From Fidelibacterota bacterium (GTDB lineage Bacteria > Fidelibacterota > Fidelibacteria > Fidelibacterales > DSDE01): DNA of 30,325 nucleotides. Shown here piece after piece: positions 27,368 to 30,325 of the stretch (its first letter is position 1; each line of letters starts with the position of its first letter). The position numbers were made by a program, and so were the translations under genes. The notes below the pieces were generated by a model, which saw only the letters and a program-made list of their open reading frames with translations, searched no databases and was not told the DNA's origin. The stretch spans positions 1 to 30,325 of the forward strand of contig JBJKQR010000003.1 in assembly GCA_046735395.1 (NCBI GenBank). Reading direction: 5' to 3'.

Positions 27368-29725
27368 TTATTTCAGCAGGCTGACCTTCCGGATCGAGAT
27401 ACCATCAGCGGTCTGCACCCGGATGAAATAAATTCCGGAACTGAAGGCGTTCGCGTTCCAGATGAACTCATAGGATCCTCTGTTCAGTACTCCGTTTTTC
27501 AGAATGTCCACCATCTGCCCCCGGATATTCAGGACAGTAATCCGGACTGCGGAGTTTTGGGGCAGGTCGATATGGATGCGGGTGACCGGATTGAAGGGAT
27601 TGGGCCAGGCTTCGCTGATGGCCCATTTGTCCGGCAGTACGGGACTCTCAATGCCCTGTGGCCTGAGCCGATCCGGAAAGAGGCCCCACAGACTGGAATC
27701 CTGCCCCGTCACGAAGCGTTTCCAGACCTGCAGCAGGTTATCAGGAGGAGTATCAAACCAGGCGGAGAGATCCACCCGTTCTCCGTCTATGATATTCATT
27801 TTTCCCGGAACATTGAAATCGGCGGAAATTTCGTTACCGAGACTGTCCATTTGAGTGATCTGGTCCAGCATGGCATCCCCGTCGATATTGAAGTCCTCGG
27901 CAAAGGGCCTGAAGGCTTCCCCGGCCACTTTCATGGAATCGCTGACTTCCGCCAGATAACGGGTGAAATCCGCCAGTCCCTGTCCCATATCCCGGAAGTT
28001 CTGCTTGCCGTAATCGGTCAGCTTCAGGAAATCAGGATTTGCGGCCTCCAGGGCATTGATGAGATCCAGGTCCGATTCCACATTTGAAAAATCAATGAGA
28101 TTGGGATCCAGATAGGTATCGAACATGGAACCAAGTTCATCCTGAATGGCCGTGGCGGCCTGGCTGATTCCCTCCTTGGTCTGTTTGTATCCGTCATAGG
28201 CCAGAATCATGCCCTGCAGCGTTTCCCGTGTCATATACAGGACATTGAACACATCACCCGGCTCAAGCGCGGCTCCCGCAGAGGAATTTTCCCCGTCCTT
28301 CATGACCAGTGTAAAGACGCCGTTTCCAAGATTCTCTGCATTCTGCAGCATTTCATCCGCGCGGTCGAACTCCGCTTCCACATCATTGAGCTGACTCCAG
28401 TCATAATGAAAAAGCAGTGAATCGATATTCCCATTATCCAGATAGGTCATGACCTCGCCTGAAATCTCGCCCAGTCTGTCGACCTGATGACTGTAGATGA
28501 TCATGGCGCGTCCGACCCAGGCTTCGAACAGGTCCTGGGTGTCGCTGGATGTTCCCAGCACCGTGACATACTGTGTTTCCTTCAGAGCCAGGTAGGCATC
28601 CCGTTCAACCTGTGAAGCAACTGTATTGAAAACCATATCCTGAGACAGGCGCTGCACCCAGAGCGGCGGCAGGCCATTGGGAAAGATTCCGCCGAACGTG
28701 TAGGCATTCTGGTCACTGCTGGTGTAAAATTCCGTGTACAGATGTTCCAGCCCCCAGGGAGAATTCTCTATGACGGCCAGAGGCTTGAAGGTATAGCCGG
28801 GTTGCCCGTCAATCTCAAATTCCCGGCCATCCAGCACCGTGAGCACCGAATCCATCGCATCATGAAAATCCGCGATACCCCGTGTATCGATGGAGAAGGG
28901 CACGAAGGGATCCGATGTCAGAATTGCCGTGAGTGTGTCGCTGGCATCCTGAAGCCTGTGAACTGCAATTTTCAGTTCGTCAACAGCCGGGCCCGTGTCT
29001 CCGCTTGCTTCATGGCTGAGTGAATCCAGCATATTGAGTCCTCTGTCCATGGCATCTGAAAATTCATCCATCTTCTGTCCGAAATTCTTAACACGGTTGA
29101 TGCCGCGCCGTGTGAAGATATACTGATCCCCCGACTCATATCCGCCGGCTTCCACGACTTCCAGAATGAAAGTGAAATCGGCATCATTGTCCCAGACCCA
29201 TTCAAAATCATCAATGGCATTCTGCATATTGGCCGAAGCATCATCATTAAAATTTGACAGAATGGAATCCAGATTTCCGAAATGAGTATCAAATTTATCC
29301 TGTGCTTCCTGAAAATCAGACTTGAAGGTACTGTAATTACCCCGGGAAAAGAAAGTGGAGAGATTATGCAGAATATCTTCCGGCCCGTTCACGTTATTTG
29401 TAAAAATGGGAATTAGATTGTCGTCAACGGACGTGAGGAACTGTTCCATATCCTGTCCTGCCGTATCGGACCAGGCGCTCAGGCTGTCAATGAAATCATC
29501 CCCGTTATATTTTCCCCGCGCCATTTCGAGAAAGGCCATTCCCAGATACCCCCGGTTCATGGCAGCAGAATCTGCCGAAGCAATATTTGACTGAAACAGC
29601 GTTTCCTGGCTGTCATAATATCCAGCGGGCTCGTCCTCCGAAAGTGCGTAAACTTTCAGGTCCGCAGAAGTAATTCCATACATCATGGTACTCACTGCAA
29701 TTAAAGTCAAGAATATACGTTTCAT
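27368..29725 (-). CDS. Secreted acidic alpha-helical protein with two ~330-aa internal repeats and a C-terminal T9SS-type sorting domain
   Basis: Signal peptide MKRIFLTLIAVSTMMYG; repeats ending TFGGIFPNGLP and SLWGLFPDRLRP; CTD AWPNPFNPVT...SSGIYFIR...RKVSLLK; GAGGATGG SD. Confidence 0.87.
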   Translation of the reverse strand: MKRIFLTLIAVSTMMYGITSADLKVYALSEDEPAGYYDSQETLFQSNIASADSAAMNRGYLGMAFLEMARGKYNGDDFIDSLSAWSDTAGQDMEQFLTSVDDNLIPIFTNNVNGPEDILHNLSTFFSRGNYSTFKSDFQEAQDKFDTHFGNLDSILSNFNDDASANMQNAIDDFEWVWDNDADFTFILEVVEAGGYESGDQYIFTRRGINRVKNFGQKMDEFSDAMDRGLNMLDSLSHEASGDTGPAVDELKIAVHRLQDASDTLTAILTSDPFVPFSIDTRGIADFHDAMDSVLTVLDGREFEIDGQPGYTFKPLAVIENSPWGLEHLYTEFYTSSDQNAYTFGGIFPNGLPPLWVQRLSQDMVFNTVASQVERDAYLALKETQYVTVLGTSSDTQDLFEAWVGRAMIIYSHQVDRLGEISGEVMTYLDNGNIDSLLFHYDWSQLNDVEAEFDRADEMLQNAENLGNGVFTLVMKDGENSSAGAALEPGDVFNVLYMTRETLQGMILAYDGYKQTKEGISQAATAIQDELGSMFDTYLDPNLIDFSNVESDLDLINALEAANPDFLKLTDYGKQNFRDMGQGLADFTRYLAEVSDSMKVAGEAFRPFAEDFNIDGDAMLDQITQMDSLGNEISADFNVPGKMNIIDGERVDLSAWFDTPPDNLLQVWKRFVTGQDSSLWGLFPDRLRPQGIESPVLPDKWAISEAWPNPFNPVTRIHIDLPQNSAVRITVLNIRGQMVDILKNGVLNRGSYEFIWNANAFSSGIYFIRVQTADGISIRKVSLLK

Positions 29726-30224
29726 GGTACACCATCCTCTGTTTAATTATACTTTTTCAATATAATGATTAAAATACTCAAAATATGTGATAAAGAATAC
29801 AAAACAGTATATAGGCAGGCCGGACAATTTGCAGAGTTCATTGACTTTTATAAAGATATTAGACGGATGCTTTGTGAGACGGTAAACGCAGGGCATCTGC
29901 CCGTTGTTGATGCAATTCGGTAATAGGCGTTCTTATTTTAATGATAACAGCGATTTAGGATAGGCAGGTCAGATTGTACTGTGAATCAATCCGCAGTCAT
30001 ATTTGCTTCCCATTCCGTCAGTCCATGTCTGAGCTGTCCGTTCAGCCGAAATGTCGTCTGGCTCACAATCAAGCAAATATTGTAATATTTTAACGGATTT
30101 CTCCTTGTTCTGCGAATTTTAATAGGCCAAATTAGCCACCAAATTGATCTGCACTATAGGTATGATTTATAATTATCGAGATAGTTCAGTGAGATTTAAA
30201 GAGAACCTAACAAAAGGAGAAAGC

Positions 30225-30325
30225 ATGAAGAAAAGTGTTATTGGACTCGTTCTCAGCTTAATTGCAGTAGGATTGGTTGCAGAAGACTTCAAGACCGTTG
30301 CGCATTTTACCTACAATCCATCTGA
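30225..30325 (+). CDS. 5' end of an exported protein (partial, runs off window)
   Basis: AAGGAG SD, then MKKSVIGLVLSLIAVGLVA|EDFKTVAHFTYNPS..., a classic signal peptide, open to the window end. Confidence 0.75.
   Translation, partial: MKKSVIGLVLSLIAVGLVAEDFKTVAHFTYNPS

Noticed and set aside
27341..28087. 248-aa plus-strand ORF, and other antisense/overlapping ORFs in the track (e.g. 20539-21174, 12927-13430, 2596-2913)
   Set aside because: They shadow well-supported genes, lack SDs or motifs, and are expected from codon bias.
358..29725. Stop-codon recoding (none of the 19 complete genes ends in TAG)
   Set aside because: All genes are full-length under the standard code and TAG is normally the rarest stop; no interrupted ORFs were seen.

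Overview
30.3-kb stretch of a bacterial chromosome. Two proteins carry 'PNPFNP...KxxLLK' C-terminal secretion (T9SS-type) domains, and strong Shine-Dalgarno sites are present. Together these suggest a non-Bacteroidota FCB-group organism such as Marinisomatota, KSB1 or Calditrichota (inference). There are 19 complete CDS and one partial CDS, mostly on the minus strand. In order: a nested CACGRAT tandem repeat (1-357); a lipoprotein prolyl oligopeptidase; a secreted beta-propeller-like protein; a 7-TM protein with a 4-Cys tail; a VanY-like M15B peptidase; a divergent peptide/nickel-type ABC importer led by a TPR-like lipoprotein; a two-gene unit of a PlsC-like acyltransferase plus a Na+-coupled GPH/MFSD2-like transporter; an M1 aminopeptidase with a C-terminal outer-membrane-like domain; a respiratory operon (DUF2339-like membrane protein, octaheme cytochrome c, Tat 4x[4Fe-4S] protein, NrfD) with no catalytic subunit; an orphan PAS-PAS histidine kinase; and a putative beta-barrel paired with an internally duplicated, acidic, helical secreted protein. 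I found no rRNA, tRNA, CRISPR, transposase or integrase. The best candidates for undescribed systems are the MFSD2A-like transporter + acyltransferase pair (possible lysolipid salvage), the DUF2339-coupled octaheme-NrfCD module, and the duplicated secreted protein + beta-barrel pair. All family assignments come from reading motifs by eye; no searches were run.
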